Assembly: GCA_965223345.1 (NCBI GenBank)
Contig: CBDCWG010000001.1
Coordinates: 32,001 to 96,000 of the forward strand
Source: Nitrospinales bacterium
Lineage (GTDB): Bacteria > Nitrospinota > Nitrospinia > Nitrospinales > VA-1
DNA length: 64,000 nt
Direction: 5' to 3'
Positions 49,189-58,097 of the stretch are shown here, piece by piece (the first letter of the stretch is position 1; every line of letters begins with the position of its first letter). A program made the position numbers and the translations under genes. The notes under the pieces were generated by a model, which did no database searches, was not told where the DNA came from, and saw nothing but the letters and a program-made list of their open reading frames with translations.

Positions 49189-51078
49189 TCAGTCGCGCAG
49201 CGATCGCCACCAGAACGGGACCAGCGCGACAGCCAGGACGAGGCAGGTCCAGGGCCAGGCCGGCGCGTGCGGGAACCAGGCGGGAGGTGTGCCGCCCACC
49301 AGCAGCGACCCGACTCCTACCAGAAGGCCGAAGCAGGTCAGCGCACACAGCGCCGCCTGACCGAGGCGCTCCCGGAAATGTTTTTTCACGAAGCGCGCTT
49401 CCCAGTTGTCTTTCGCGACCGGTCCCCAGAAACCGCTCGGCCGCACGCGCCGGTAAAACGCCTGCAATACCGATTTCTCTTCCGGGCCTTTTAAGTACAC
49501 CGCGAACAGCGCCGCGGCCAGCGACAGCGCCGCCATCGCCAGCAGGTTCTCCGGGCCGGAAGTTTCCAGCCGCAGAAAAAACGGCGCAAAGACCGTCGCC
49601 ACGACGATCGCCGCGATTTCTCCCCAGGCGTTCATGCGCCACCAGAACCAGCGCAGCAGCAGCGGGATGCCCATGGCCGCGCCGATTAAGAGCGAGCTCT
49701 GCCACGCGCTCTGGATCGAGTTCAGGTGCGCCATGATGACAAGCGCGAGCAGCAGGATGCCGGCGTTGGAAAACCGCGCCACCCACACCAGCTGTTTCGC
49801 ATCAGGCGAGCGTTTGCGCAGCGTTTCGCAGTAGACGCGCCTGTACAGATCGTGCGTCCAGTAGCCCGCGCCCCAGTTGAGGTGCGTGTCCACCGTCGAG
49901 GCGAGCGCCGCCAGCATGGCCGTCAGCAACAGTCCCTGCACGCCGACCGGCAGCAGGTCGCGCATGCCCAGAACGAACGTCGCCTCGCGCAGCGCCGTAT
50001 ATTGCTGCGGCGTGTCGGCGGCCTCCAAAGGGTACAAGACCAGCAGCCCCAGCGCCAGCGGCAGCCAGAGCAGCGAGCGCAGAAAAATCTGCAGGTAGGT
50101 GAACAGCACCGCCGCGAAGCGGGCGTCTTCGTCCGACCGGCAGGCCATCGAGCGCTGCGCGAGGTACCCGGTGCCGTCCGCGTTCATCTGGATCAGCCAT
50201 TGCAGCGCGAACAGCCCCAGCAGCCCCAGGCTGACATCGTGCGCCTCAGACGGCGTGAAAGCCAGGACCTCGCTTGCGGTGATGCCGTTGGGCGCGCCTT
50301 CCGCATAGAGCTGATGGATCTGCCCCATCATGCCGGAAAGCCCGCCGCACTCCAGCACCACCAGCGTCGTGTAGATCCCCGTTCCCAGGATCATGATGGC
50401 AAACTGCAGCAGATCCGTGGACACCACCGAGCGCAGCCCGCCGGTGGCGGAGTAGAGCGTCGTGACGATCACGATGCAGAGGATGGAGATGAAATTGTTT
50501 GTGGAGAGGATCCACAGGCGCGACGGATCATCGGTGTGCACGGTGAACGGAACGCCCAGCCCGCGCACCAGCGAGAGGGCGGCGTCATAGAGCCCGGGCG
50601 GCAGCCACGCGTCCCACAGCAGGAAGGGTTCCGCGATGCGCGTGGCCGCCAGCAGAACCATGGCCAGCACCGTGCAGTTGAAGATCGTGCCGAAATACAC
50701 CGCCTTGGCGGCCCGCAAAAACGTCGCCTTGCCGCCGCCGTAGCGCAGTTCGGTGAGCTCCGCGTCGGTCAGCACCTTGGCCCGCCGCCAGGGCCCGGCC
50801 AGCAGAAAACCCATGAGCAGAAAGCTCAGGCCGTAGATCCACAGCTGCCACAGCGAGAAGATGCCCGCCGTGGCGATCAGCCCGGTCACCAGCAGCGGCG
50901 TGTCCGCCGCAAACTGCGTCGCCGCCATGCTCACCCCGGCCTGCCAGCCCTTGAGCGACCGGCCGGCGAGGAAATACTCGTCCAGGTTCTTTGAAGCCCG
51001 CACCCGGTTGCGCAGCCCGGCAAACAGCGCGTAAACGATGAAAGCCGCCAGAATCAGCCCGTCGAGCCAGTGGATCAT
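49189..51078 (-). CDS. Sodium:solute symporter family protein
   Basis: EYFLAGRSL, SMAATQFAADTPL, GGLRSVVSTD, about 14 TMs. Confidence 0.93.
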   Translation of the reverse strand: MIHWLDGLILAAFIVYALFAGLRNRVRASKNLDEYFLAGRSLKGWQAGVSMAATQFAADTPLLVTGLIATAGIFSLWQLWIYGLSFLLMGFLLAGPWRRAKVLTDAELTELRYGGGKATFLRAAKAVYFGTIFNCTVLAMVLLAATRIAEPFLLWDAWLPPGLYDAALSLVRGLGVPFTVHTDDPSRLWILSTNNFISILCIVIVTTLYSATGGLRSVVSTDLLQFAIMILGTGIYTTLVVLECGGLSGMMGQIHQLYAEGAPNGITASEVLAFTPSEAHDVSLGLLGLFALQWLIQMNADGTGYLAQRSMACRSDEDARFAAVLFTYLQIFLRSLLWLPLALGLLVLYPLEAADTPQQYTALREATFVLGMRDLLPVGVQGLLLTAMLAALASTVDTHLNWGAGYWTHDLYRRVYCETLRKRSPDAKQLVWVARFSNAGILLLALVIMAHLNSIQSAWQSSLLIGAAMGIPLLLRWFWWRMNAWGEIAAIVVATVFAPFFLRLETSGPENLLAMAALSLAAALFAVYLKGPEEKSVLQAFYRRVRPSGFWGPVAKDNWEARFVKKHFRERLGQAALCALTCFGLLVGVGSLLVGGTPPAWFPHAPAWPWTCLVLAVALVPFWWRSLRD

Positions 51079-51240
51079 GCCTGCCCTCCAGAGGGGGGAG
51101 CGCCCGCCCGCGCGTCTACGCAGCGCTGCGGTGCACGGAATTTTATTTTTGCATGCGCCGCGGCCAGCTTGTACCCTGTAACTTCAGGCAAACAACGGCG
51201 GTGGATGAGGAAATTTGTGGCCCCGTAACAGGCAGCGACC

Positions 51241-51408
51241 ATGAAAAAGAAAACGAAAAAAATAAAGACGAAAGAGGAACTCGAGGCGGAAGTGGCCGCC
51301 CAGCAGATCCAGACCAAGCGCTACCACGAAAAGGTCAAGGAGTCGGGCAAGGTGTACAACCGGCAGGATGCCAAAAAAGCGGCCACAGAGCAGATCGATT
51401 CCGAATAA
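51241..51408 (+). CDS. Small basic hypothetical protein (55 aa)
   Basis: MKKKTKKIKTKEELEAEVAAQQIQTKRYHEKVKESGKVYNRQDAKKAATEQIDSE*; fills an intergenic gap with host-like codons. Confidence 0.7.
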   Translation: MKKKTKKIKTKEELEAEVAAQQIQTKRYHEKVKESGKVYNRQDAKKAATEQIDSE

Positions 51409-51435
51409 AGCGCGTCACCATCGCCCCCCGCAGCG

Positions 51436-51951
51436 TCACGAATACACTTTCCAGATCGCGAACAGCGCGCCGAAGAAAACCAGCGTCACCAGCGTGCCGT
51501 AAAGCAGCACGTTCAGGATGCGGTCCTGCCTCTGCGCCAGCACGAACGTGTCCGAATCCTTGAGCACCCCGCTCGGTTCCAGGTCCGCCGGCCCCCAGGC
51601 GTTGGCTTTCAGACGTCCCTTTTCAAACAGGATCTCCCATTGCGAGCGGATATCATCGACGGACAGTTCGCTGGCGATGGGTTCGCTTTTGGCAAAGCGC
51701 TCGCCTTTGCGGTCCTGGTACGCCATCACCGCCATGCTGAACGTGAGACTTTTGTCATCCAGCAGGCTCAGCTGAATGCTTCTGTGGACCGGCGAGCCCC
51801 AGCCCAGCGAACGGCTCGGCCAGTTGCGGTCGCTCTTGCGGATCTGCATCCCGTGCCGCCGCGCGAAACCCGTAATGTGCGCATCCAGGCTCGCCAGAGG
51901 CGCCTCGATGCGCTCCCACTCTGTTTTCGATCCGTGGAATCCATTGGGCAT
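51436..51951 (-). CDS. Hypothetical protein with C-terminal TM anchor
   Basis: 171-aa ORF; GGAG RBS; hydrophobic tail. Confidence 0.65.
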   Translation of the reverse strand: MPNGFHGSKTEWERIEAPLASLDAHITGFARRHGMQIRKSDRNWPSRSLGWGSPVHRSIQLSLLDDKSLTFSMAVMAYQDRKGERFAKSEPIASELSVDDIRSQWEILFEKGRLKANAWGPADLEPSGVLKDSDTFVLAQRQDRILNVLLYGTLVTLVFFGALFAIWKVYS

Positions 51952-51979
51952 GCGTCGCTCTCCTGATGATCCTTGCCGG

Positions 51980-52726
51980 TTAAATGGGCACCCACTGCAT
52001 CGTTTCCAAAAAATCGCGCAAATGAGAAACCGATTTGAACTTTTTCAGTATCAGGCTTCGTTTCAATCCACAGCAGATGCTTTTGACGATGGGCGGTTGT
52101 TTTTTATACCACTTGGTCCCGCCCAGGCATTCGTGAAAGATATGGATGAGACCGCAGATGTCGTCCCGGATATTTTCCGATTTTGGCGCTGTCGTGCGAA
52201 AAAAATCGAGCAGCTTGAGGTCGAACTGAAGGCCGAACCGGTTGACGATGATATTATCTGTATGGATATCGCCGTGATATTCATTGAGAAGATGGATCTC
52301 CTCGATGCCCTTGGTCAATGCGTAAAGCAGATGCAAAGCTGGATATGGGTCCAGCCGTTTGCCCGGCAATCCACTGAGAAATACGGAGAGAGGCACCCCT
52401 TCCACATATTCCGAGATCAGAACCGTCACCGGAAAGCGGCGATAGAAAAAAACTTCCTTGGTGTGATATTGAATGAGTAAAGAGCATTGCCTGAGTTTGT
52501 GCAGTTTCAGGGCATAGGTTTTTGCGGCTCTGTTGCCGGGATTGCGATGCGGAAAGAAGAATTTCGCGGCGCGTTCGATGCCGGTGGTAATTTCGCAGAC
52601 CTTGTAAACTTCTCCCTCCCAGCCGACTCCCAGTTTCGAACTGATCTCATACTTGCCGGCGATCTGCCTGCCGACGGCGATATCGAACCCGTCGATTTTT
52701 GGGATGGAAAGTTTCTTGACCGGCAT
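51980..52726 (-). CDS. Short protein-kinase-like protein
   Basis: LGVGWEGEVY, AAK, YHGDIHTDNI, LLDFF. Confidence 0.82.
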   Translation of the reverse strand: MPVKKLSIPKIDGFDIAVGRQIAGKYEISSKLGVGWEGEVYKVCEITTGIERAAKFFFPHRNPGNRAAKTYALKLHKLRQCSLLIQYHTKEVFFYRRFPVTVLISEYVEGVPLSVFLSGLPGKRLDPYPALHLLYALTKGIEEIHLLNEYHGDIHTDNIIVNRFGLQFDLKLLDFFRTTAPKSENIRDDICGLIHIFHECLGGTKWYKKQPPIVKSICCGLKRSLILKKFKSVSHLRDFLETMQWVPI

Positions 52727-52959
52727 ACGCCCCCTCGCTCAAGGTTTCAGCGGGTTCCCCGCATTTCTCCCGGCCAATGGCCGGGTTCTCTATTTTACGC
52801 TTTTCTCTTTTCCGTGTTAATTTAAACTGCCTGAAATCATTCACGGTCCCGGATTGTATTCCGGTGGACCCCCGGTTTTTCAAGGCTGCTGTTCAGGAGC
52901 GGGGGAGGGTGAATTTTTTTTGATTGAGGGTTTTTTCCAGCCACCAGGGAGGGATTGCG

Positions 52960-53868
52960 TTGCCGGCGAGTCGGTTTTATTTGCAGATCGTGTTGAGGCT
53001 CACACTGGGGGCTGTGCTTTACCTGCAGGCGATTGCGTCCGCTCAGGAGACGGAGCCGAAAGACTTCGCCGCAGAGTGTGAAAAGGGGCTGACGATTTAC
53101 TGTCTCGCCGCGGGGATGGAGGAAACCAAGGTGGGCAACAAGGAAAAAGCCTTCGAGCACTTTGAGGCCGCGTGCAGGAGCCACAAAACCGAAGGGCATC
53201 TGCGCGCCTGCACGCCCTACCTCTCGCTGGCCCGGGAACTGAACCGCCTGGAGGCAGCCAGCGCCCCGCTGGAGGAACGCTGTCGCGAGGGAGAGGACAC
53301 GGTATGCTTTTACCTCGCCAAGGAATACCTGAGGATCGCCGCCCCCTCGCGGGCGCACGCCCACCTGAAGCGGCTGTGCCGCGAGGACTTCCCATCTCCC
53401 GATCCGGAGGATTACGGTTCCTGCTATCACCTGGGCGACAGCCTGCAGGAACAGAGAGCTTACGAGGAGGCGTTGACGTATTTCAAACTGGAATGCGACC
53501 GCAACCGCACGCTGTCCCGCCACAGCTGCGAGCGTCACCGCACCCTGCTGCACGCCATCGAGAGCGGCACACTGGATGCCGATGCGGTCCGGCCTTTCCG
53601 GCTCATCCAGACGATCGCACTGGCGGCCGTTGTCTTGTCGTTGCTGGCGTGGGGGTTGTGGCTGACGGGTCAGGTGTGGGCTTTCAAATTACTGTCGGGG
53701 CCGCTTCCGGTCGCGACGCTTGTCTGCTGGGGCGCGTGGTTGTTGCAGGAGGACGCCCGCAGCGGGGCTTATCGGGACTTCACCTACATCGTCCCTTCCG
53801 TGTTGCTGGTCGTGGGGTGTCTGGCCGCCGCCCGCGAGCGCCTGCAGGCGATCCGCAGGAAAGGCTGA
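52960..53868 (+). CDS. Cys-paired Sel1/Hcp-like repeat protein with three C-terminal TMs
   Basis: Five Cys pairs in helical repeats; TTG start behind GGAGG (track start 52924). Confidence 0.65.
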   Translation: MPASRFYLQIVLRLTLGAVLYLQAIASAQETEPKDFAAECEKGLTIYCLAAGMEETKVGNKEKAFEHFEAACRSHKTEGHLRACTPYLSLARELNRLEAASAPLEERCREGEDTVCFYLAKEYLRIAAPSRAHAHLKRLCREDFPSPDPEDYGSCYHLGDSLQEQRAYEEALTYFKLECDRNRTLSRHSCERHRTLLHAIESGTLDADAVRPFRLIQTIALAAVVLSLLAWGLWLTGQVWAFKLLSGPLPVATLVCWGAWLLQEDARSGAYRDFTYIVPSVLLVVGCLAAARERLQAIRRKG

Positions 53869-53869
53869 A

Positions 53870-54136
53870 TCAGAAATCCTGCCACTGCGAGTTCAGAAAG
53901 AACAGGATCAGGCCGGTCAGCGAAATACCGCCTCCCGCCAGATACAACCCGACCGCTCCCAGCCCCGATCGCAGATCCGTCCGCGTGATCGGAGGGCGGC
54001 CGCTGAACGCGGACCAGCTCAATCGTTTGCGTCTTTCATGCGTGTCGTGCAGGATGTGATTGCCCAGGGTCAACAGAGCGATTCCCGCGACGTACAGCGC
54101 CAGACCCCAGATTCTGTACCAAAGCACAGGTTCCAT
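53870..54136 (-). CDS. Small two-TM hypothetical protein
   Basis: Two hydrophobic helices; AGGAG 9 nt before ATG 54136. Confidence 0.6.
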   Translation of the reverse strand: MEPVLWYRIWGLALYVAGIALLTLGNHILHDTHERRKRLSWSAFSGRPPITRTDLRSGLGAVGLYLAGGGISLTGLILFFLNSQWQDF

Positions 54137-54322
54137 GGTGTGCATCTCCTGAATGAAAGTCTCAAGCGCGTGGAGGGCTTGAAAGCCGAGTCACCCATTC
54201 AGGATAAAAGAGGAATTTCACACCCATTTTAAGAACAGGTCGCGGAAATGTCAAATATTGTAAATCGTTATATTATTGGCGTTTATTTATACTTGAGGGG
54301 CGGGTTTTGCGGCTTGAAAGCG

Positions 54323-54366
54323 GCTTCTTGCGGACCGGGGCGAAAAAAATCCGCCCCGGGAGAAGC
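54323..54366 (-). terminator. GC-rich hairpin downstream of ino1
   Basis: CCGGGGCG-aaaaaaatc-CGCCCCGG extended by GCTTCT/AGAAGC. Confidence 0.5.
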
Positions 54367-54396
54367 GCCGGTTTTTGCAATGGGATAAAAAAGCCG

Positions 54397-55581
54397 TCAG
54401 CGGTTGAGGGCGGCGGACTTGCCTTTTTTCTCCGCCCGCATCGGCGCGTCACGCAGGTCGCCGTGTCCGTGACGGATGAAGGCTTCTGTCATGCGGTAGG
54501 CGTCGTCGTCGGGAATCTGCTGGGGCGGATGCTTGCAGAAAAACGAAGACGGCGCAGACAGCACCCCGCCTTCCCCGCGGTTCAGGGCCAGCTTGGCGCA
54601 GCGGATGGAGTCGATCGCCACCGCCGCGGAATTGGGCGAGTCCTCCACCGAGAGCCGCAATTCGAGATTCATGGGAACGTCGCCGAACAGCTTGCCCTCC
54701 ATGCGGATGAAACAGACCTTGTTGTCGTTCTGCCAGGGGACGTAATCGCTCGGACCGACGTGGATGTGGTCCGCCTCCAGCCGCTTGGCCGCCACCGATT
54801 GCACCGCCTCGGTTTTCGATTTCTTTTTCGAGGCCAGGCGATTGCGGTTGATCATGTTGAGAAAGTCCGTGTTGCCGCCGGTGTTGAGCTGATAGGTCTG
54901 TTCGAGCTTCACGCCGCGTTTCTTGAACAGGTCCGTGAGCGTCCGGTGGGTGATGGTGGCGCCCAGCTGCGCCTTGATGTCGTCGCCGATCAGAGGGATG
55001 TTTTTCTCCTTGAACCGGTCCGCCCATTTCGGGTCGCTGGCGATGAACACCGGTATGTTGTTGATGAACGCCACGCCCGCATCCAGCGCGCACTCCGCGT
55101 AAAACCGCGTCGCTTCCTCCGAACCGACGGGCAGGTAGTTGAGCAGGATTTCCGTTCCCGACTGCTTGAGCGCCCGCACCACGTCTTCCCGCTCCGGCTG
55201 GTCTGCCTGCGCCGGGATGAAGGTGCGGTGGCTCGGGTATTCGTTCATGTGTTCCGAGAAGCCGTCGAGGACTCTGCCCATCTGCACCGGGACGCCTGAG
55301 GTGGGCAGGTCCGGGCAGAAAACCTGGGTGCAGTTGGGCTCCGCGAACACCGCTTCATTGACGTCCTTGCCCACCTTGCGCTGATCGATGTCGAACGCCG
55401 AGACGACCTGAATGTCCGCCGGACGGTAACCGCCGATTTCCCAGTGCATCAAACCGATGGCCTCGCTCGAATCCTTGCCGCTGTAGTAGTGGATTCCCTG
55501 AATCAGGGAGCTGGCGCAATTGCCGATGCCGAGGATGCCGATCTTGATCTTGCGGGCGGATTGGTTGTTGGCTAGATTCAC
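54397..55581 (-). CDS. ino1: myo-Inositol-1-phosphate synthase
   Basis: GIGNCASSLIQG, NYLPVGSEEA, GDDIKAQLGAT, QLNTGGNTDFLNM, EDSPNSA; GTG start with AGGAGGAG. Confidence 0.96.
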   Translation of the reverse strand: MNLANNQSARKIKIGILGIGNCASSLIQGIHYYSGKDSSEAIGLMHWEIGGYRPADIQVVSAFDIDQRKVGKDVNEAVFAEPNCTQVFCPDLPTSGVPVQMGRVLDGFSEHMNEYPSHRTFIPAQADQPEREDVVRALKQSGTEILLNYLPVGSEEATRFYAECALDAGVAFINNIPVFIASDPKWADRFKEKNIPLIGDDIKAQLGATITHRTLTDLFKKRGVKLEQTYQLNTGGNTDFLNMINRNRLASKKKSKTEAVQSVAAKRLEADHIHVGPSDYVPWQNDNKVCFIRMEGKLFGDVPMNLELRLSVEDSPNSAAVAIDSIRCAKLALNRGEGGVLSAPSSFFCKHPPQQIPDDDAYRMTEAFIRHGHGDLRDAPMRAEKKGKSAALNR

Positions 55582-55600
55582 AGGTTGTCTCCTCCTGGTG

Positions 55601-55707
55601 GAATCGCAGCCGCCGTTGCGTGCAAGCCGGGGAGAACCCCGCTACCGGGCGACCGGTTCGATGAGATGGTTTCGCAACGGGGTCCCTCCGTAGCGGTCCA
55701 TCGATTC
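55601..55707 (-). promoter_or_regulatory. Candidate structured cis-regulatory RNA in the ino1 leader
   Basis: Six complementary segment pairs in 107 nt, ending 4 nt before the RBS. Confidence 0.45.
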
Positions 55708-55892
55708 GCAAAGCAGGATTCGGGAAAGCAAAAATGCCGATACGCCGGAAATCCCGCCAAAATCAAAGATTCTATTACGATTCGCCGCGCAACGCGAGCA
55801 TTATTTCCCGGCGGCATTCCAGGGCGGGGCGAATCGTTTGTTCGCGTGCGAAACGAAAATCCGTGACGGCAGGTGGGATTTCGAGGAGGCGG

Positions 55893-56396
55893 TCATTGCG
55901 GACGCTGATGGTTGCGGCGGTGTTTCTGCAGCGCCCGCTGTTTCATGCGGTGTTTGAAGCGGCGTTTTTTCTCCGGCGGCAGGTTCTGCCATCGGCGGCG
56001 CAGCTCCTGACGCCGCTCCTTGGGCAGGTTTTGAAACCATTGGCGCGCGCGCCGCAACTGCCTGCGTTTTTCCGGCGGCAGCTTTTTGAACTGCTGGAAT
56101 TTGTGGCGGACGCGCGCCCGTTGCTCGGGCGTCATGTTTTTCCAGGTGCGGAACCGCTTTTTCACCAGCCGGCGCGCTTCCGGAGACAGGTGCGCCCAGC
56201 GCCGCGCCCCCTTCTGCAGGCGCCGTTTCTTTGCGGCAGGCAGCCGGTCCCAGCGCTCCGCAAACGGTTCGAGGACTTGCCGCTCCTCGGCGCTGAGCGC
56301 GTTCCAGTCCGGAGCGGATTCCTGCGCCGTCGCCGCCGCCGGCAGCGCCAGCAGGATCCCCAAAAGCAGCGGGGCCAACCGCAGTTTAAGATTCAT
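55893..56396 (-). CDS. DUF3106-like exported protein
   Basis: Signal peptide; repeated W/F-x-x-L-x-P-E-x-R units (WNALSAEER, WDRLPAAKK, WQNLPPEKK). Confidence 0.85.
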   Translation of the reverse strand: MNLKLRLAPLLLGILLALPAAATAQESAPDWNALSAEERQVLEPFAERWDRLPAAKKRRLQKGARRWAHLSPEARRLVKKRFRTWKNMTPEQRARVRHKFQQFKKLPPEKRRQLRRARQWFQNLPKERRQELRRRWQNLPPEKKRRFKHRMKQRALQKHRRNHQRPQ

Positions 56397-56652
56397 GGTT
56401 TGCATCCTTATCTTCATCCTCGTCCTGAGGTTCTTCAGGCGGCGTCCAGCTGTCCAGTTCCACAGGATCGACCCAGCCGTCGTCCTCGGTCTCCCATTCC
56501 CCGAGAAATTCGAGAAAGTCCATCGAGGGCAGCTCGGTTTCCTCCGTGGACGGCGTTTCCTGCGTGTCGGGCTGCGGCGTTTGCGCGAGCGCACCCGCTG
56601 CCCAGCCGCACCACAACAGCATTAAAGCGAAAACGAGCCGTTCACCCCGCAA
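56386..56652 (-). CDS. Small acidic exported hypothetical protein
   Basis: Signal peptide ending ALA, then PSMDFLEFLGEWETEDDGWVDP; overlaps both neighbours; start uncertain. Confidence 0.65.
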   Translation of the reverse strand: MRGERLVFALMLLWCGWAAGALAQTPQPDTQETPSTEETELPSMDFLEFLGEWETEDDGWVDPVELDSWTPPEEPQDEDEDKDANHES

Positions 56653-56995
56653 GGGAATCTTCCTCGGCCAGCCAGTCGTAAAAATCCAGATCCTCATAAA
56701 ACTCCAGATTTGGATTCGAGGCCAGCAGTTCCAGGTCCTCGATCGTGCTGAGCGGAGCGTGATCCTTGCCGGTGGTGAAAAACACAGCCGCCGACACCAG
56801 AAGCAATGTGGCGAAGGCGAGCGCCGGTGCGGGCACGCCCCACCACCGGGTCTGCGCCGGTTGGCTGCGGGTTGCGATCTCGGCGACCGCTTCCCGGCGC
56901 GCCGTGCGCAAACGCGCCAGGATTTCGGGATCGGTGGACTCCGCCTGCTCATCCAGCGCTTGTTTCGCTTTGTCTTCGAACGATCGGTCAGTCAT
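56642..56995 (-). CDS. Probable single-TM anti-sigma factor (DUF3619-like)
   Basis: LARLRTARREA, one TM, DLEL...EDLDFYDWL; overlaps the sigma factor stop. Confidence 0.75.
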   Translation of the reverse strand: MTDRSFEDKAKQALDEQAESTDPEILARLRTARREAVAEIATRSQPAQTRWWGVPAPALAFATLLLVSAAVFFTTGKDHAPLSTIEDLELLASNPNLEFYEDLDFYDWLAEEDSLAG

Positions 56996-57530
56996 TCTTA
57001 AAATCCCCCAGTTTCACCCGCAGGGCCTGCACCGCACGGGAATAATGGGTTTTCACGCTTCCTTCCGAACACTGCATGGCCGCGGCGGTTTCCTGCACGC
57101 TCATTTCCTCCCAGGCGCGCAGCAAAAACGCCTGCTGCTGGCGATGGGGCAGGGAGCGCAGCGCCGCGTCCAGCGCTCCCGTCCCATCCGGGCGCATCAG
57201 AAGATCGCCCTGTGATTCGCCCGCAGGCGAGGCCAGCTGATCGACCGGGTTGTCGTCCGCTTCCCGCCGCTTCTCCCACCAGCCGAACAGAACCCGGCGC
57301 ACCGTGTTCCTGCGAAATCCGTCGCGGATCTTGTTCTGCAGGATGCGGAAAAACAGCGGCCGCCATTCCTCCTGCGGTTTGTTCGCATAACCCCGCACCA
57401 GCGCCAGCATGGTTTCCTGAACGATGTCCAGCGCCTCCTCGGTGTTTCCCGTGGCGATCCGGGCGATATGGAAGGCACGCCGTTCAACGGAGGCCAGGAA
57501 TTCGTCCATCGGCTGGGTGCCTTCCTGCAT
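56988..57530 (-). CDS. ECF RNA polymerase sigma factor
   Basis: EALDIVQE (region 2), FFRILQN, LPHRQQQAFLLR, CSEGSVKTHYSRA (region 4). Confidence 0.95.
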   Translation of the reverse strand: MQEGTQPMDEFLASVERRAFHIARIATGNTEEALDIVQETMLALVRGYANKPQEEWRPLFFRILQNKIRDGFRRNTVRRVLFGWWEKRREADDNPVDQLASPAGESQGDLLMRPDGTGALDAALRSLPHRQQQAFLLRAWEEMSVQETAAAMQCSEGSVKTHYSRAVQALRVKLGDFKND

Positions 57531-57596
57531 GGAACCTCATTCATGCTGTTTCATGGGTATCCCCGTGTCTCTCCTTCTAGCGGGGCAGGGACAGAG

Positions 57597-57617
57597 GGGA
57601 GGGGGCTTCCCCCTCCC
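57597..57617 (-). other. 9-bp GC hairpin between the repeat-protein gene and the sigma gene
   Basis: GGGAGGGGG-ctt-CCCCCTCCC; no U tract. Confidence 0.5.
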
Positions 57618-57625
57618 GCACGATC

Positions 57626-58024
57626 TCAACGGTCGATGCGCCGGTGCAGCCGGTTGCCCTTTTTGTCGAGCCTGCGATCGATCCGGTTGCCCTTGCGGTC
57701 GAGTTTGCGGTCGATGCGATCGCCTTTGCGGTCCAGCCTGCGGTCGATGCGGTCGCCCTTTCGGTCGAGCCGTTTCGCCAGGCCGTCCTTGCCGTGCGCC
57801 TCGGCCCAGTCCGCTTTGCGGTCAAGGTGGGCGTCGATGCGATCGCCTTTACGGTCGAGGTGATTCTCGATGCGGTCGCCCTTGCGATCCAGGTGGTTTT
57901 CGATGCGGTCCCCCTTGCGGTCGAAATGGTTTTCCACCCGTTGGCCGAAATCGGCGGCATAGGCGAACCCGGGGGCCAGGAACGTCAAAAGAACCATCGG
58001 TACCATCACGTGTTTTTTAAGCAT
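57626..58024 (-). CDS. Exported protein made of 11-aa tandem repeats (DRKGDRIxxxL)
   Basis: AAGGAGG RBS, signal peptide ending AYA, about 8 repeats of 33 bp. Confidence 0.88.
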   Translation of the reverse strand: MLKKHVMVPMVLLTFLAPGFAYAADFGQRVENHFDRKGDRIENHLDRKGDRIENHLDRKGDRIDAHLDRKADWAEAHGKDGLAKRLDRKGDRIDRRLDRKGDRIDRKLDRKGNRIDRRLDKKGNRLHRRIDR

Positions 58025-58067
58025 TTTTTCCTCCTTGTCAATAGGCACGGTTGAACTCATTGCTGGA

Positions 58068-58097
58068 TACAACGCGCCGGCGCAGGATCGGTTGACA
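58068..58097 (-). promoter_or_regulatory. ECF-type promoter
   Basis: Minus strand TGTCAAC-N16-CGTTGTA, 43 bp upstream of the first gene of the ECF operon. Confidence 0.7.

Noticed and set aside
55601..55707. glmS ribozyme or SAM-I riboswitch identity for the ino1 leader
   Set aside because: Superficial AUCGAA...GCGG...CCCGGCU and GGAGGGAC resemblance only; the conserved AGCGCC/GACGAG and AUC-AGAG/GCAACC cores are absent.
57626..57960. 33-bp tandem DNA repeats as a CRISPR or non-coding array
   Set aside because: No spacers, and the repeats lie in frame within an ORF with RBS and signal peptide, so they are protein repeats.
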